Part shown: positions 45,842 to 57,200 of the stretch, in pieces
Layout: every line of letters begins with the position of its first letter
How positions within the stretch are numbered: the first letter of the stretch is position 1
Assembly: GCA_009914755.4 (NCBI GenBank)
Contig: CP068257.2
Coordinates: 2,304,001 to 2,368,000, forward strand
Source: the human T2T-CHM13v2.0 reference genome, Homo sapiens
Direction: 5' to 3'
Length of the DNA: 64,000 nt
Made by a program: the position numbers and the translations under genes
Notes under the pieces: generated by a model
Database searches by the model: none
What the model saw: the letters and a program-made list of their open reading frames with translations, nothing else
What the model was told of the DNA's origin: nothing

Positions 45842-48240
45842 GAGGGATGCGTGGGAGCCATCCCTGTATAGGTACAGGTCATAGGGAGATAGTCTCGTGA
45901 GGCCTGTGAGTGTCTAGGGTTGTCCTGGGTGCCTGGGGCTGACTGTGGCAGAAATCTGGGGAAGGCTGGAGAGAAGCTGGGAGACCCAGGAGAGTCCCTG
46001 AAGGCAGGGGGTGAAGAGGTGAAAGAAATGGGGGAGGGTTGCAGTAAGGTCCGTGAGTTTGTAGGTGATTCCTGGGTGCGGGAAGCTGACTCCAGGTGAA
46101 ATCTGGAGATGGTTGGAGAGTAGCTGAGAGAGACAGAAGAGTCCCTGAGGGCTGGGGGTGAGAACAGGAGGGAGACGGGGGAGTAAGTCAGTGAAATTCG
46201 TGAGTTCGGTGGTGTATCGTGGGTGCCTGGAACTGACTCCAGCTGGAATCTAGAGAAGTTTTGAGAGTAGCTGAAGGAGACACAAGAGTCCCTGTGGGCT
46301 GAGGGCAAAGACCTGAGAGAGACCAGGGAGGACCTCAGTGAAGTCTGTGAGTCTGTAGGTGATTCCGGAGTGTGGGAGGCTGACTCCCGTTGAAATCTGG
46401 GCGTGGTGGGAGAGTAGCTGGGACAGACAGGAGAGTCCCAGGGGGCTGGGGGTGAAGACATGAGAGAGACTGGGGAGTAACTCAGTGAAATTGCTGAGTT
46501 GGTTGGTGATACCTGGGTGCCTGGAACTGACCCCCGCTGAAATCTGGGCATGGTTGGAGAGTAGCTGGGACGCACAGGAGAGTGTCTGAGGGCTGGGGGT
46601 GAAGACATGAGCGAGACCGGGGAGTAACTGAGTGAAACTGATGATTTTGGTGGTGACTCCGGGGTGCCTGGAACTGACTCCAGCTGAAATGTGGGCGTGG
46701 TTGGAGAGTAGCTGGGACAGACAGGAGAGTCCCTGAGGACTGGTGAAGACATGAGAGAGACTGGAGAGTAATTGAGTGAAATTGGTGAGTTTGGTGGTGA
46801 TTCCGGGGTGCCTGGAACTGACTCCAGCTGAAATGTGGGCGTGGTTGGAGAGTAGCTGGGACAGACGGGAGAGTCCCTGAGGGATGGTGAAGACATGAGA
46901 GAGACTGGGGAGTAACGCAGTGAAATTGGTGAGTTTGGTGGTGATTTCTGGGTGCCTGCAACGGACTCCCGCTGAAGTGTGGGCGTGCTTGGAGAGTAGC
47001 TGGGACAGACAGGCGAGTCCCTGAGGGTTGGAGATAAAGACGTGCTAGAGACTGAGGAGTAACTGAGTGAAGTTGGTGAGTTTGGTGGTGATTCCGGGGT
47101 GCCTGGAACGGACTCCAGCTGAAATGTGGGCGTGGTTGGAGATTATCTGGGACAGACGGGAGAGTCCCTGAGGGATGGTGAAGACATGAGAGAGACTGGG
47201 GAGTAACGCAGTGAAATTGGTGAGTTTGGTGGTGATTTCTGGGTGCCTGCAACGGACTCCCGCTGAAGTGTGGGCGTGCTTGGAGAGTAGCTGGGACAGA
47301 CAGGCGAGTCCCTGAGGGTTGGAGATAAAGACGTGCTGGAGACTGGGGAGTAACTCAGTGAAAGTGGTGGGCTTGGTGGTGATCCCAGGGTTCCTGGAAC
47401 TGACCCGCGCTGAAATGTGGGCGTGGTTGGAGAGTAGCTGGGACAGACTGGAGGGTCCGTAAGGGCTGGGGGTGAAGACGTGAGAGAGACTGGCGAGGAT
47501 CTCTCTGAGGTCTGTGAGTTTGTAGGTGTTTCTGGGGTGTGGGGTACAGACTCCCGCTGAAATCTGGGCGTAGTTGGAGAGTAGCTGGGACAGACAGGAG
47601 AGTCATGGGTGGCTGGGGGTGAGCTGCTGGATGATGGCAGTAAGAACATATGGTACATTATTGATGAATGAGGTGACTGTGAAGAATCTCCAGAGGAGGA
47701 CACGGGAGAACACAATGACATGAGTGACTGTCCTGCTTGGTTAGGAAAGGGAAACGTAAAGTTGTGGAATTCTGTTGATGATGGATGTGAGAGTGGTGAA
47801 GCCCTGCGGGATGATGTAGAGGACTTCCACATCCCTGGTGAGGAGCTGCCCCTTGGGTCTGAGTTTCTGGGAGGGGAGAGGGAGAAGCTGGGTGAGGCAG
47901 GCATGAATCTTGAGGAGTCAGGGCTGGGGGACCGCTCATATTCTCCCGAGACCTGTGAGTCTCTGGGGGACTCCTGGGTGCATGGGGCTGACTCCCGCAG
48001 GAACCTGGGGATGGCTGGAGAGTAACTGGGAGCCACAGGAGGGTCCCTGAGGCCTGGGGGTGAAGAGATGCAAGACACAGGGGTGGAGCAGCGTGAGGCT
48101 CGTGAGTTTGTAGGTGATTCCTGGGTGTGGGGGGCTGACTCCAGCTGAAATCTGGGGTTGTTTGGAGAGTAGCTGGGAGACACAGGAGACCCCCCGAGAG
48201 CTGGGGGTGAGCTGCTGGGTGATGGCAGTAAGAACATGTG
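45842..48240. repeat. Internal 144/147 bp tandem array, copy 2
   Basis: Same subunits as the other copies, about +148 bp relative to copy 1. Confidence 0.85.
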
Positions 48241-48633
48241 GTATATTATTGATGAACGTGGGGACTCTGAGGAGTCCTCAGAGGAGGACACGGCAGAGCC
48301 CAATGGCTTCATTGATTGCCCATCACGGTGAGGACAGGGAAATGGGAGCTTGTGGGATTCTGGTGATGACAGAGGTGAGTGTGGTGAAGCCCTAGGGGAT
48401 GGTGAATGGTAGTTCCGGATCCCTGGTGAGGAGCTTCCCCTTAAGCCTGAGTTTCTGAGAGGGGAGAGGGAGAAGCTGGGTGAGGCTCGCATGGACCTTG
48501 GGGTGTCCGTGCTGGGGGACCGTTCATAAGAAGAGCCAGACAAGACCCTACTGTTCTTAGGTGCAGACATGATTAGGAAACCTGCAGCTCCCAGGGGCCC
48601 CTACTAATGTTCTAACTCGCAGAAGGAAGGAGT

Positions 48634-48645
48634 GTGTGTGCCTGT

Positions 48646-48677
<32 letters not shown>

Positions 48678-48766
48678 TTGTGTGTGTGCGGTGTGAGGTA
48701 TGGGCCCCTTAAGGAAATGGAAATCAACCAACCAATGGGACAGACAGACAGACAGACAGACAGAGA
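48634..48766. repeat. Compound microsatellite (GT)n ... (GACA)n, copy 2
   Basis: Same structure as copy 1. Confidence 0.95.
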
Positions 48767-50184
48767 TTCACTTGCCCAAGTGTTCTGTCCTGTCCTCTGA
48801 ATCCGCTTTCAAGTCGCAAGACGCTGTGAGCTCCAAGTCCACGCAGAGTCCGCCAAACGCTCCGGCCGCTGATCCGCTCCGCGAAGATATGAGTACAGGC
48901 CAGCCAGGGTGGGTTTAAATAGCCTCGGGCGCAGCCTAGCAGCGGAAAGGGCGGAGCTTCACTCCTCCTTTCCATCAGTCACCCCCAACTTTCCCAGGCT
49001 ACACCTCGTAGGAAACTGTTCTCCTGCTTTGATTTCATGCGCCACCTTTGGGACAATCTAAGAACTTACAGGTTTTCTTGGCCAGATTTATTAGGAATTG
49101 TATGCACTGAAACACTGAAAACCAACTAGTGGTTCTGTGCTTCCCACGTTGTGGTTTTGACACCAGCAGCATCCTTGCCACAATCAAACCCCGGAGATCC
49201 GCAGATCTGTGTTGTAACAAGACCTCCCCCTGACCCTGAAGCATGGCAGTTGAAGAAGTCTTTCCGTGTAAGCAAAAAGACTTTGAAGAAAAGGTGGAGA
49301 TATGCGTTGTATAAACATTCTTTTGCTCTGGAACCACGTAGAGACTTGGGAGCCAGTTGGGTGGAGCATTCGTTGGATGAGGGTGCTCGGGTTAGGAATA
49401 TCAAGGTGTTTCTCCAGATAATCCAATCATCTAATTAAGATTCCAGTTATGCTCATCTGTTTTAAAATTCCGTTTGGGTAAATTCTTTTAGTCAGACTGA
49501 GAATGGCAAAGCCTCAACCCCAATTTCCAGGGAGGGTGGAGAGCCTCAGGTGGAGTTGATCACCAATAGCCTATGGTTTAACCCATCATGCCTATAGAAT
49601 GAGGTCTCCATCAAAACCCAAAAGGACTGGGTTGAGAGAGCTTCTGGATAACACTTCCTGGAAGGTAGTGCACCCCTCCCCGCATGCCGGGCCCCACATT
49701 TATTTCTGAACTTTGTGCAATGTCCGCTAAAATACAACGGCAAATGTAAGTGTTTCCCTGCGTGCTGTGAGCTCTTCCAGCAAATGAATGCAACTAAATC
49801 TGGGAGTGGTGGCAACCTGATTTATAGCCAGTTGCTGAGAAGCACAGGTAAAACAACGTAGGGCTTCCCATTGTTATTGGTGTGGGAGGCCTGTCTGGCG
49901 GGACTCGGCCCTTTGGAATCTAATGCTATGTCCCGGTAGATAGCGTCACCATTGAATTAGAAGACACACATATGTGGAGAATAATCTTTCTGGTCATTTA
50001 CTGCATGTCATATTTACAATATGTAATCAAATTCTTTATCCTGACCTTATGGCACCTGGGTTTAGGACCATGATTTGAACCAAACGTTGGTCTGTCACTT
50101 TCTGAGTTTGAAACTTTATTTTGCCTTTAGCGTTTTGCTATTGCTTTTTCGTTTTCTTTTGTTTCGTTTCGTTTCTAAGTTCTG

Positions 50185-50450
50185 GGGTATATGTGCAGGA
50201 TGTGCAGATTTGTTACTAAGGTAAACGTGTGCCATGGTGGTTTGCTGCACCTGTCAACCCGTCACCTAGGTATTAAGCCCAGCATGCAGTAGCTGTTTTT
50301 CTTAACGCTCTGCCTCCCGAAAGGCCCCAGTGTGTGTTGTTCCCCTTCCTGTGTCCATGGGATCTCACTTTTCAGCTCCCATTATAAGTGAGAAGGTGGC
50401 GTTTGGTTTTCTTTCCCTGGATTAGTTTGCTGACGATAATGACCACACAT
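50185..50450 (-). mobile_element. L1 3'-end fragment, copy 2
   Basis: Paralog of the copy 1 fragment at 43755-44020. Confidence 0.85.
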
Positions 50451-51186
50451 CACCACTGTTTTTGTTTTTTAGTATAAAGAGTAGTATTTTATTGAATAAG
50501 ATTTGCTCACAGAAAAATAAGCTTAAATCTACAATGAATGCCAGACCCTACAGCAGAAAGCAATTTTCTCACTTTTCCACACACAATGGTTCCTACTAAG
50601 TGAAAAAAAAGCCATAAAATTTCATTCACAAATGTACTACTCTGTCTCAAAACATCTCACGTAATCATGCACTGTACTAAAGCCATCAGATCAGTTCTTC
50701 AGTCAGGTTAAAGAAGTATCCCTCTAATAACTGACTTTTATAATGCTATCAATATCCACTCCCAATCAGTCTGCCATTGTTAATGGTGTACAGCATTACT
50801 GAATACAACGGAATTGATGACGCCCATATCCACAGACAAACCGTGACTTATGATGGTTTGATTTATGATTTTTCAACGTTATGATGGGTTTATTGGAATA
50901 TTAGATTCGTTTCTGAGTTACACTGGGTTTATGAGTATGCGACCCTACACTCCAGAAACAGCTGTATAAGGAAAAACAGGTGTACCTAATAAAAATATGC
51001 TTAGTGACTTGGGATAAACCAATAGATGTTCACAAGTGATGGAGAGCCGTGAAAGAGAGATAGCGGTAAATAGTTACAATAACACAATTTTCCTGCACCT
51101 GTCGAGGATTTCCCCCAAAAAACGCAGAATGTGGGATGCACCTAAGGCATATGAAAGAGAGAGGGCAGAAGGAGTAAGAGAGAAAT

Positions 51187-51310
51187 AGGAGGAAGGAAGG
51201 AAGGAAAGAAGCAAGGAAGAAAGGAAGGAAGGAAAGAAGGAAGGAAGGACGGAAGGAAGGAAGGAAGGAAGGAAGGAAGGAAGGAAGGAAAGAAGGATGA
51301 AAGGAAGGAG
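51187..51310. repeat. (GGAA)n microsatellite, copy 2 (longer and interrupted)
   Basis: ggaaggaaggaaggaaagaagcaaggaagaaaggaaggaagg... Confidence 0.95.
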
Positions 51311-51780
51311 AAAACACCGGTGTTACTAAAACCCCCCAAAAAATGGTTTCCCCCTGTGGGTAAGCCTACAATGTGGATGAATCTTGAAAATATTGTGCTA
51401 CGTGTTATGTCAGTCATAGCAGCTCACCTATTGTGCAATTCCGTTTATAGGAAATGTCCACAATATGGAAATCTATGCATATGGGATTGATCGCACTAGG
51501 TAGTTGCTACCTAGGGCTGAGGGTCAGGGAGAGGGTTTGAGACAGAATGAGGAGTGACTAATGTCTACAGGGTCTTTCTCTGGTCGGGGGTGATAAGACG
51601 TTTTACAATGGATTGCGAATTAAAATTGAATGTGCACAACCACAGGTATACTAAAAGCCACTCAATTCATGACCTTTAATGGGGGAATCTTACGTGGCGT
51701 AGTCTCATGGAGACCACGGCAGACATAGTGAGAGAGAAAAAGGTGAGTAAATATCTGAAACGGAGGCAGAAACAGAGAGA

Positions 51781-52230
51781 ATGAAAAGCCCTGTGAATGG
51801 AAGGGAGAGCGAAAAGGGAAAATGGTCCTATTTACAAATGACAGATGTGAAACTGGGGTTCACATCAACAGTGTCACTGCCAGGAAGGAGGGTCATGCTA
51901 GCCATGTCACCGGTAGTGTGGCCCGCAGGGACGCCGACCTGCTGGAGCGTCGTGCCAGCATGGGCTGTGGCAACCACGTGGGCCAGCAGGAGGTTCCCGC
52001 TGCACAGCTGTGGGGTGAGGATAGACTGGGTGGTGATATCGGCCATTACAGGGGCCTCTTCTGCTGGCAAGAGTGTGACAGTAGCAAGTAGATGGACAGG
52101 CCTGCGTGTGAGGACGGAATGCAGGAGGGGTTCTTGTGCGGCTGGGTGTGGGGCCCTCACGGGAACCGTGGAGAAATGGCCAGGTAACTGCGTCATGTGG
52201 GCTAGTAGATTGGCCAGGGCTTCGAACTGA
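51781..52230 (+). CDS. 149-aa ORF present intact in all four units (39037, 45319, 51781, 58502). Function unknown; likely spurious.
   Basis: The ORF-track peptides MKSPVNGRESEKGKWSYLQMTDVKLGFTSTVSLPGRRVMLAMSPVVWPAGTPTCW... differ by 1-4 residues between copies. It overlaps the long minus-strand ORF. No family resemblance was recognised. Confidence 0.08.
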   Translation: MKSPVNGRESEKGKWSYLQMTDVKLGFTSTVSLPGRRVMLAMSPVVWPAGTPTCWSVVPAWAVATTWASRRFPLHSCGVRIDWVVISAITGASSAGKSVTVASRWTGLRVRTECRRGSCAAGCGALTGTVEKWPGNCVMWASRLARASN

Positions 52231-55200
52231 AGGACGATAATGGGGAGTAGATGTCAGGCCCAGGGGGTGCATGAGTGTAAGTGGAGATGGGTTTGGGGTC
52301 ACTGAGGGATGCGTGGGAGCCATCCCTGTATAGGTACAGGTCATAGGGAGATAGTCTCGTGAGGCCTGTGAGTGTCTAGGGTTGTCCTGGGTGCCTGGGG
52401 CTGACTGTGGCAGAAATCTGGGGAAGGCTGGAGAGAAGCTGGGAGACCCAGGAGAGTCCCTGAAGGCAGGGGGTGAAGAGGTGAAAGAAATGGGGGAGGG
52501 TTGCAGTAAGGTCCGTGAGTTTGTAGGTGATTCCTGGGTGCGGGAAGCTGACTCCAGGTGAAATCTGGAGATGGTTGGAGAGTAGCTGAGAGAGACAGAA
52601 GAGTCCCTGAGGGCTGGGGGTGAGAACATGAGGGAGACGGGGGAGTAAGTCAGTGAAATTCGTGAGTTCGGTGGTGTATCGTGGGTGCCTGGAACTGACT
52701 CCAGCTGGAATCTAGAGAAGTTTTGAGAGTAGCTGAAGGAGACACAAGAGTCCCTGTGGGCTGAGGGCAAAGACCTGAGACAGACCAGGGAGGACCTCAG
52801 TGAAGTCTGTGAGTCTGTAGGTGATTCCGGAGTGTGGGAGGCTGACTCCCGCTGAAATCTGGGCGTGGTGGGAGAGTAGCTGGGACAGACAGGAGAGTCC
52901 CAGGGGGCTGGGGGTGAAGACGTGAGAGAGACTGGGGAGTAACTCAGTGAAATTGCTGAGTTGGTTGGTGATACCTGGGTGCCTGGAACTGACCCCCGCT
53001 GAAATCTGGGCATGGTTGGAGAGTAGCTGGGACACACAGGAGAGTCCCTGAGGGCTGGGGGTGAAGACATGAGCGAGACCGGGGAGTAACTGAGTGAAAC
53101 TGGTGAGTTTGGTGGTGACTCCGGGGTGCCTGGAACTGACTCCAGCTGAAATGTGGGCGTGGTTGGAGAGTAGCTGGGACAGACAGGAGAGTCCCTGAGG
53201 ACTGGTGAAGACATGAGAGAGACTGGAGAGTAATTGAGTGAAATTGGTGAGTTTGGTGGTGATTCCTGGGTGCCTGGAACTGACTCCCGCTGAAGTGTGG
53301 GCATGGTTGGAGAGTAGCTGGGACAGACGGGAGAGTCCCTGAGGGATGGTGAAGACATGAGAGAGACTGGAGAGTAATTGAGTGAAATTGGTGAGTTTGG
53401 TGGTGATTTCTCGGTGCCTGCAACGGACTCCCGCTGAAGTGTGGGCGTGCTTGGAGAGTAGCTGGGACAGACAGGCGAGTCCCTGAGGGTTGGAGATAAA
53501 GACGTGCTAGAGACTGAGGAGTAACTGAGTGAAATTGGTGAGTTTGGTGGTGATTCCGGGGTGCCTGGAACGGACTCCAGCTGAAATGTAGGCGTGGTTG
53601 GAGAGTAGCTGGGACAGACGGGAGAGTCCCTGAGGGATGGTGAAGACATGAGAGAGACTGGGGAGTAACGCAGTGAAATTGGTGAGTTTGGTGGTGATTT
53701 CTGGGTGCCTGCAACGGACTCCCGCTGAAGTGTGGGCGTGCTTGGAGAGTAGCTGGGACAGACAGGCGAGTCCCTGAGGGTTGGAGATAAAGACGTGCTA
53801 GAGACTGAGGAGTAACTGAGTGAAATTGGTGAGTTTGGTGGTGATTCCGGGGTGCCTGGAACGGACTCCAGCTGAAATGTGGGCGTGGTTGGAGAGTAGC
53901 TGGGACAGACGGGAGAGTCCCTGAGGGATGGTGAAGACATGAGAGAGACTGGGGAGTAACGCAGTGAAATTGGTGAGTTTGGTGGTGATTTCTGGGTGCC
54001 TGCAACGGACTCCCGCTGAAGTGTGGGCGTGCTTGGAGAGTAGCTGGGACAGACAGGCGAGTCCCTGAGGGTTGGAGATAAAGACGTGCTGGAGACTGGG
54101 GAGTAACTCAGTGAAAGTGGTGGGCTTGGTGGTGATCCCAGGGTTCCTGGAACTGACCCGCGCTGAAATGTGGGCGTGGTTGGAGAGTAGCTGGGACAGA
54201 CTGGAGGGTCCGTAAGGGCTGGGGGTGAAGACGTGAGAGAGACTGGCGAGGATCTCACTGAGGTCTGTGAGTTTGTAGGTGTTTCTGGGGTGTGGGGTAC
54301 AGACTCCCGCTGAAATCTGGGCGTAGTTGGAGAGTAGCTGGGACAGACAGGAGAGTCATGGGTGGCTGGGGGTGAGCTGCTGGATGATGGCAGTAAGAAC
54401 ATATGGTACATTATTGACGAATGAGGTGACTGTGAAGAATCTCCAGAGGAGGACACGGGAGAACACAATGACATGAGTGACTGTCCTGCTTGGTTAGGAA
54501 AGGGAAACGTAAAGTTGTGGAATTCTGTTGATGATGGATGTGAGAGTGGTGAAGCCCTGCGGGATGATGTAGAGGACTTCCACATCCCTGGTGAGGAGCT
54601 GCCCCTTGGGTCTGAGTTTCTGGGAGGGGAGAGGGAGAAGCTGGGTGAGGCAGGCATGAATCTTGAGGAGTCAGGGCTGGGGGACCGCTCATATTCTCCC
54701 GAGACCTGTGAGTCTCTGGGGGACTCCTGGGTGCATGGGGCTGACTCCCGCAGGAACCTGGGGTTGGCTGGAGAGTAACTGGGAGCCACAGGAGGGTCCC
54801 TGAGGCCTGGGGGTGAAGAGATGCAAGACACAGGGGTGGAGCAGCGTGAGGCTCGTGAGTTTGTAGGTGATTCCTGGGTGTGGGGGGCTGACTCCAGCTG
54901 AAATCTGGGGTTGTTTGGAGAGTAGCTGGGAGACACAGGAGAACCCCCGAGAGCTGGGGGTGAGCTGCTGGGTGATGGCAGTAAGAACATGTGGTATATT
55001 ATTGATGAACGTGGGGACTCTGAGGAGTCCTCAGAGGAGGACACAGCAGAGCCCAATGGCTTCATTGATTGCCCATCACGGTGAGGACAGGGAAATGGGA
55101 GCTTGTGGGATTCTGGTGATGACAGAGGTGAGTGTGGTGAAGCCCTAGGGGATGGTGAATGGTAGTTCCGGATCCCTGGTGAGGAGCTTCCCCTTAAGCC

Positions 55201-55323
55201 GGAGTTTCTGAGAGGGGAGAGGGAGAAGCTGGGTGAGGCTCGCATGGACCTTGGGGTGTCCGTGCTGGGGGACCGTTCATAAGAAGAGCCAGACAAGACC
55301 CTACTGTTCTTAGGTGCAGACAT
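51907..55323 (-). CDS. Very long Ser/Pro-rich ORF (1138 aa) running through the internal 144/147 bp array of macrosatellite copy 3. Paralogs: 58628-62044 (1138 aa), 39163-42144 (993 aa), and the frameshifted copy 2 (47143-48570 + 45574-46896). Probably not a real gene.
   Basis: The open frame comes from the ORF track. The 48/49-aa peptide repeats SPVCPSYSPTTPTFQLESVPGTPESPPNSPISLSYSSVSSTSLSPTLRD correspond exactly to the 144/147 bp DNA subunits. Coding strand composition is C-rich, which makes stops rare, and a second minus frame is also open for ~1 kb. Confidence 0.1.
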   Translation of the reverse strand: MSAPKNSRVLSGSSYERSPSTDTPRSMRASPSFSLSPLRNSGLRGSSSPGIRNYHSPSPRASPHSPLSSPESHKLPFPCPHRDGQSMKPLGSAVSSSEDSSESPRSSIIYHMFLLPSPSSSPPALGGSPVSPSYSPNNPRFQLESAPHTQESPTNSRASRCSTPVSCISSPPGLRDPPVAPSYSPANPRFLRESAPCTQESPRDSQVSGEYERSPSPDSSRFMPASPSFSLSPPRNSDPRGSSSPGMWKSSTSSRRASPLSHPSSTEFHNFTFPFPNQAGQSLMSLCSPVSSSGDSSQSPHSSIMYHMFLLPSSSSSPPATHDSPVCPSYSPTTPRFQRESVPHTPETPTNSQTSVRSSPVSLTSSPPALTDPPVCPSYSPTTPTFQRGSVPGTLGSPPSPPLSLSYSPVSSTSLSPTLRDSPVCPSYSPSTPTLQRESVAGTQKSPPNSPISLRYSPVSLMSSPSLRDSPVCPSYSPTTPTFQLESVPGTPESPPNSPISLSYSSVSSTSLSPTLRDSPVCPSYSPSTPTLQRESVAGTQKSPPNSPISLRYSPVSLMSSPSLRDSPVCPSYSPTTPTFQLESVPGTPESPPNSPISLSYSSVSSTSLSPTLRDSPVCPSYSPSTPTLQRESVAGTEKSPPNSPISLNYSPVSLMSSPSLRDSPVCPSYSPTMPTLQRESVPGTQESPPNSPISLNYSPVSLMSSPVLRDSPVCPSYSPTTPTFQLESVPGTPESPPNSPVSLSYSPVSLMSSPPALRDSPVCPSYSPTMPRFQRGSVPGTQVSPTNSAISLSYSPVSLTSSPPAPWDSPVCPSYSPTTPRFQRESASHTPESPTDSQTSLRSSLVCLRSLPSAHRDSCVSFSYSQNFSRFQLESVPGTHDTPPNSRISLTYSPVSLMFSPPALRDSSVSLSYSPTISRFHLESASRTQESPTNSRTLLQPSPISFTSSPPAFRDSPGSPSFSPAFPRFLPQSAPGTQDNPRHSQASRDYLPMTCTYTGMAPTHPSVTPNPSPLTLMHPLGLTSTPHYRPSVRSPGQSTSPHDAVTWPFLHGSREGPTPSRTRTPPAFRPHTQACPSTCYCHTLASRRGPCNGRYHHPVYPHPTAVQREPPAGPRGCHSPCWHDAPAGRRPCGPHYR
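52304..54993. repeat. Internal 144/147 bp tandem array, copy 3
   Basis: Measured spacing: gtaactgagt at 53521, gtaacgcagt at 53665 and gtaactgagt at 53812, i.e. 144 + 147 = 291 bp (higher-order unit). Confidence 0.88.
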
Positions 55324-55384
55324 GATTAGGAAACCTGCAGCTCCCAGGGGCCCCCACTAATGTTCTAACTCGCAGAAGGAAGGA

Positions 55385-55398
55385 GTGTGTGTGCGTGT

Positions 55399-55430
<32 letters not shown>

Positions 55431-55518
55431 TTGTGTGTGTGCGGTGTGAGGTATGGGCCCCTTAAGGAAATGGAAATCAACCAACCAATGGGACAGACAG
55501 ACAGACAGACAGACAGAG
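55385..55518. repeat. Compound microsatellite (GT)n ... (GACA)n, copy 3
   Basis: Same structure as copy 1. Confidence 0.95.
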
Positions 55519-55700
55519 ATTCACTTGCCCAAGTGTTCTGTCCTGTCCTCTGAATCCGCTTTCAAGTCGCAAGACGCTGTGAGCTCCAAGTCCACGCAGA
55601 GTCCGCCAAACGCTCCGGCCGCTGATCCGCTCCGCGAAGATCTGAGTACAGGCCAGCCAGGGTGGGTTTAAATAGCCTCGGGCGCAGCCTAGCAGCGGAA
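55480..55700 (+). promoter_or_regulatory. Promoter-like segment recurring in each macrosatellite unit: CCAAT (aaccaaccaatggga), TATA-like gggtgggtttaaatagcc and GC box gaaagggcggagc
   Basis: TTTAAATAG lies at 55667-55675, with paralogs at 42484, 48914 and 62390. A GGGCGG box sits ~40 bp downstream and a CCAAT box ~180 bp upstream. This is motif-level evidence only. Confidence 0.2.
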
Positions 55701-56935
55701 AGGGCGGAGCTTCACTCCTCCTTTCCATCAGTCACCCCCAACTTTCCCAGGCTACACCTCGTAGGAAACTGTTCTCCTGCTTTGATTTCATGCGCCACCT
55801 TTGGGACAATCTAAGAACTTACAGGTTTTCTTGGCCAGATTTATTAGGAATTGTATGCACTGAAACACTGAAAACCAACTAGTGGTTCTGTGCTTCCCAC
55901 GTTGTGGTTTTGACACCAGCAGCATCCTTGCCACAATCAAACCCCGGAGATCCGCAGATCTGTGTTGTAACAAGACCTCCCCCTGACCCTGAAGCATGGC
56001 AGTTGAAGAAGTCTTTCCGTGTAAGCGAAAAGACTTTGAAGAAAAGGTGGAGATATGCGTTGTATAAACATTCTTTGGCTCTGGAACCACGTAGAGACTT
56101 GGGAGCCAGTTGGGTGGAGCATTCGTTGGATGAGGGTGCTCGGGTTAGGAATATCAAGGTGTTTCTCCAGATAATCCAATCATCTAATTAAGATTCCAGT
56201 TATGCTCATCTGTTTTAAAATTCCGTTTGGGTAAATTCTTTTAGTCAGACTGAGAATGGCAAAGCCTCAACCCCAATTTCCAGGGAGGGTGGAGAGCCTC
56301 AGGTGGAGTTGATCACCAATAGCCTATGGTTTAACCCATCATGCCTATAGAATGAGGTCTCCATCAAAACCCAAAAGGACTGGGTTCAGAGAGCTTCTGG
56401 ATAACACTTCCTGGAAGGTAGTGCACCCCTCCCCGCATGCCGGGCCCCACATTTATTTCTGAACCTTGTGCAATGTCCGCTAAAATACAACGGCAAATGT
56501 AAGTGTTTCCCTGCGTGCTGTGAGCTCTTCCAGCAAATGAATGCAACTAAATCTGGGAGTGGTGGCAACCTGATTTATAGCCAGTTGCTGAGAAGCACAG
56601 GTAAAACAACGTAGGGCTTCCCATTGTTATTGGTGTGGGAGGCCTGTCTGGCGGGACTCGGCCCTTTGGAATCTAATGCTATGTCCCGGTAGATAGCGTC
56701 ACCATTGAATTAGAAGACACACATATGTGGAGAATAATCTTTCTGGTCATTTACTGCATGTCATATTTACAATATGTAATCAAATTCTTTATCCTGACCT
56801 TATGGCACCTGGGTTTAGGACCATGATTTGAACCAAACGTTGGTCTGTCACTTTCTGAGTTTGAAACTTTATTTTGCCTTTAGCGTTTTGCTATTGCTTT
56901 TTCGTTTTCTTTTGTTTCGTTTCGTTTCTAAGTTC

Positions 56936-57200
56936 TGGGGTATATGTGCAGGATGTGCAGATTTGTTACTAAGGTAAACGTGTGCCATGGTGGTTTGCTG
57001 CACCTGTCAACCCGTCACCTAGGTATTAAGCCCAGCATGCAGTAGCTGTTTTTCTTAACGCTCTGCCTCCCGAAAGGCCCCAGTGTGTGTTGTTCCCCTT
57101 CCTGTGTCCATGGGATCTCACTTTTCAGCTCCCATTATAAGTGAGAAGGTGGCGTTTGGTTTTCTTTCCCTGGATTAGTTTGCTGACGATAATGACCACA
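56936..57200 (-). mobile_element. L1 3'-end fragment, copy 3
   Basis: Paralog of the copy 1 fragment. Confidence 0.85.

Larger units (their letters stand above)
45063..51524. repeat. Macrosatellite unit, copy 2 (~6.46 kb)
   Basis: Landmark offsets are +6282. It has one extra internal subunit relative to copy 1. The long ORF is split here (475 + 440 aa) by a frameshift. Confidence 0.9.

Noticed and set aside
52944-54005. Second long minus-strand ORF (353 aa, His/Gln/Pro-rich; paralogs 208-256 aa in other units)
   Set aside because: It is an alternative frame of the same VNTR. Its presence shows that stop depletion is compositional, which argues against either frame being under coding selection.
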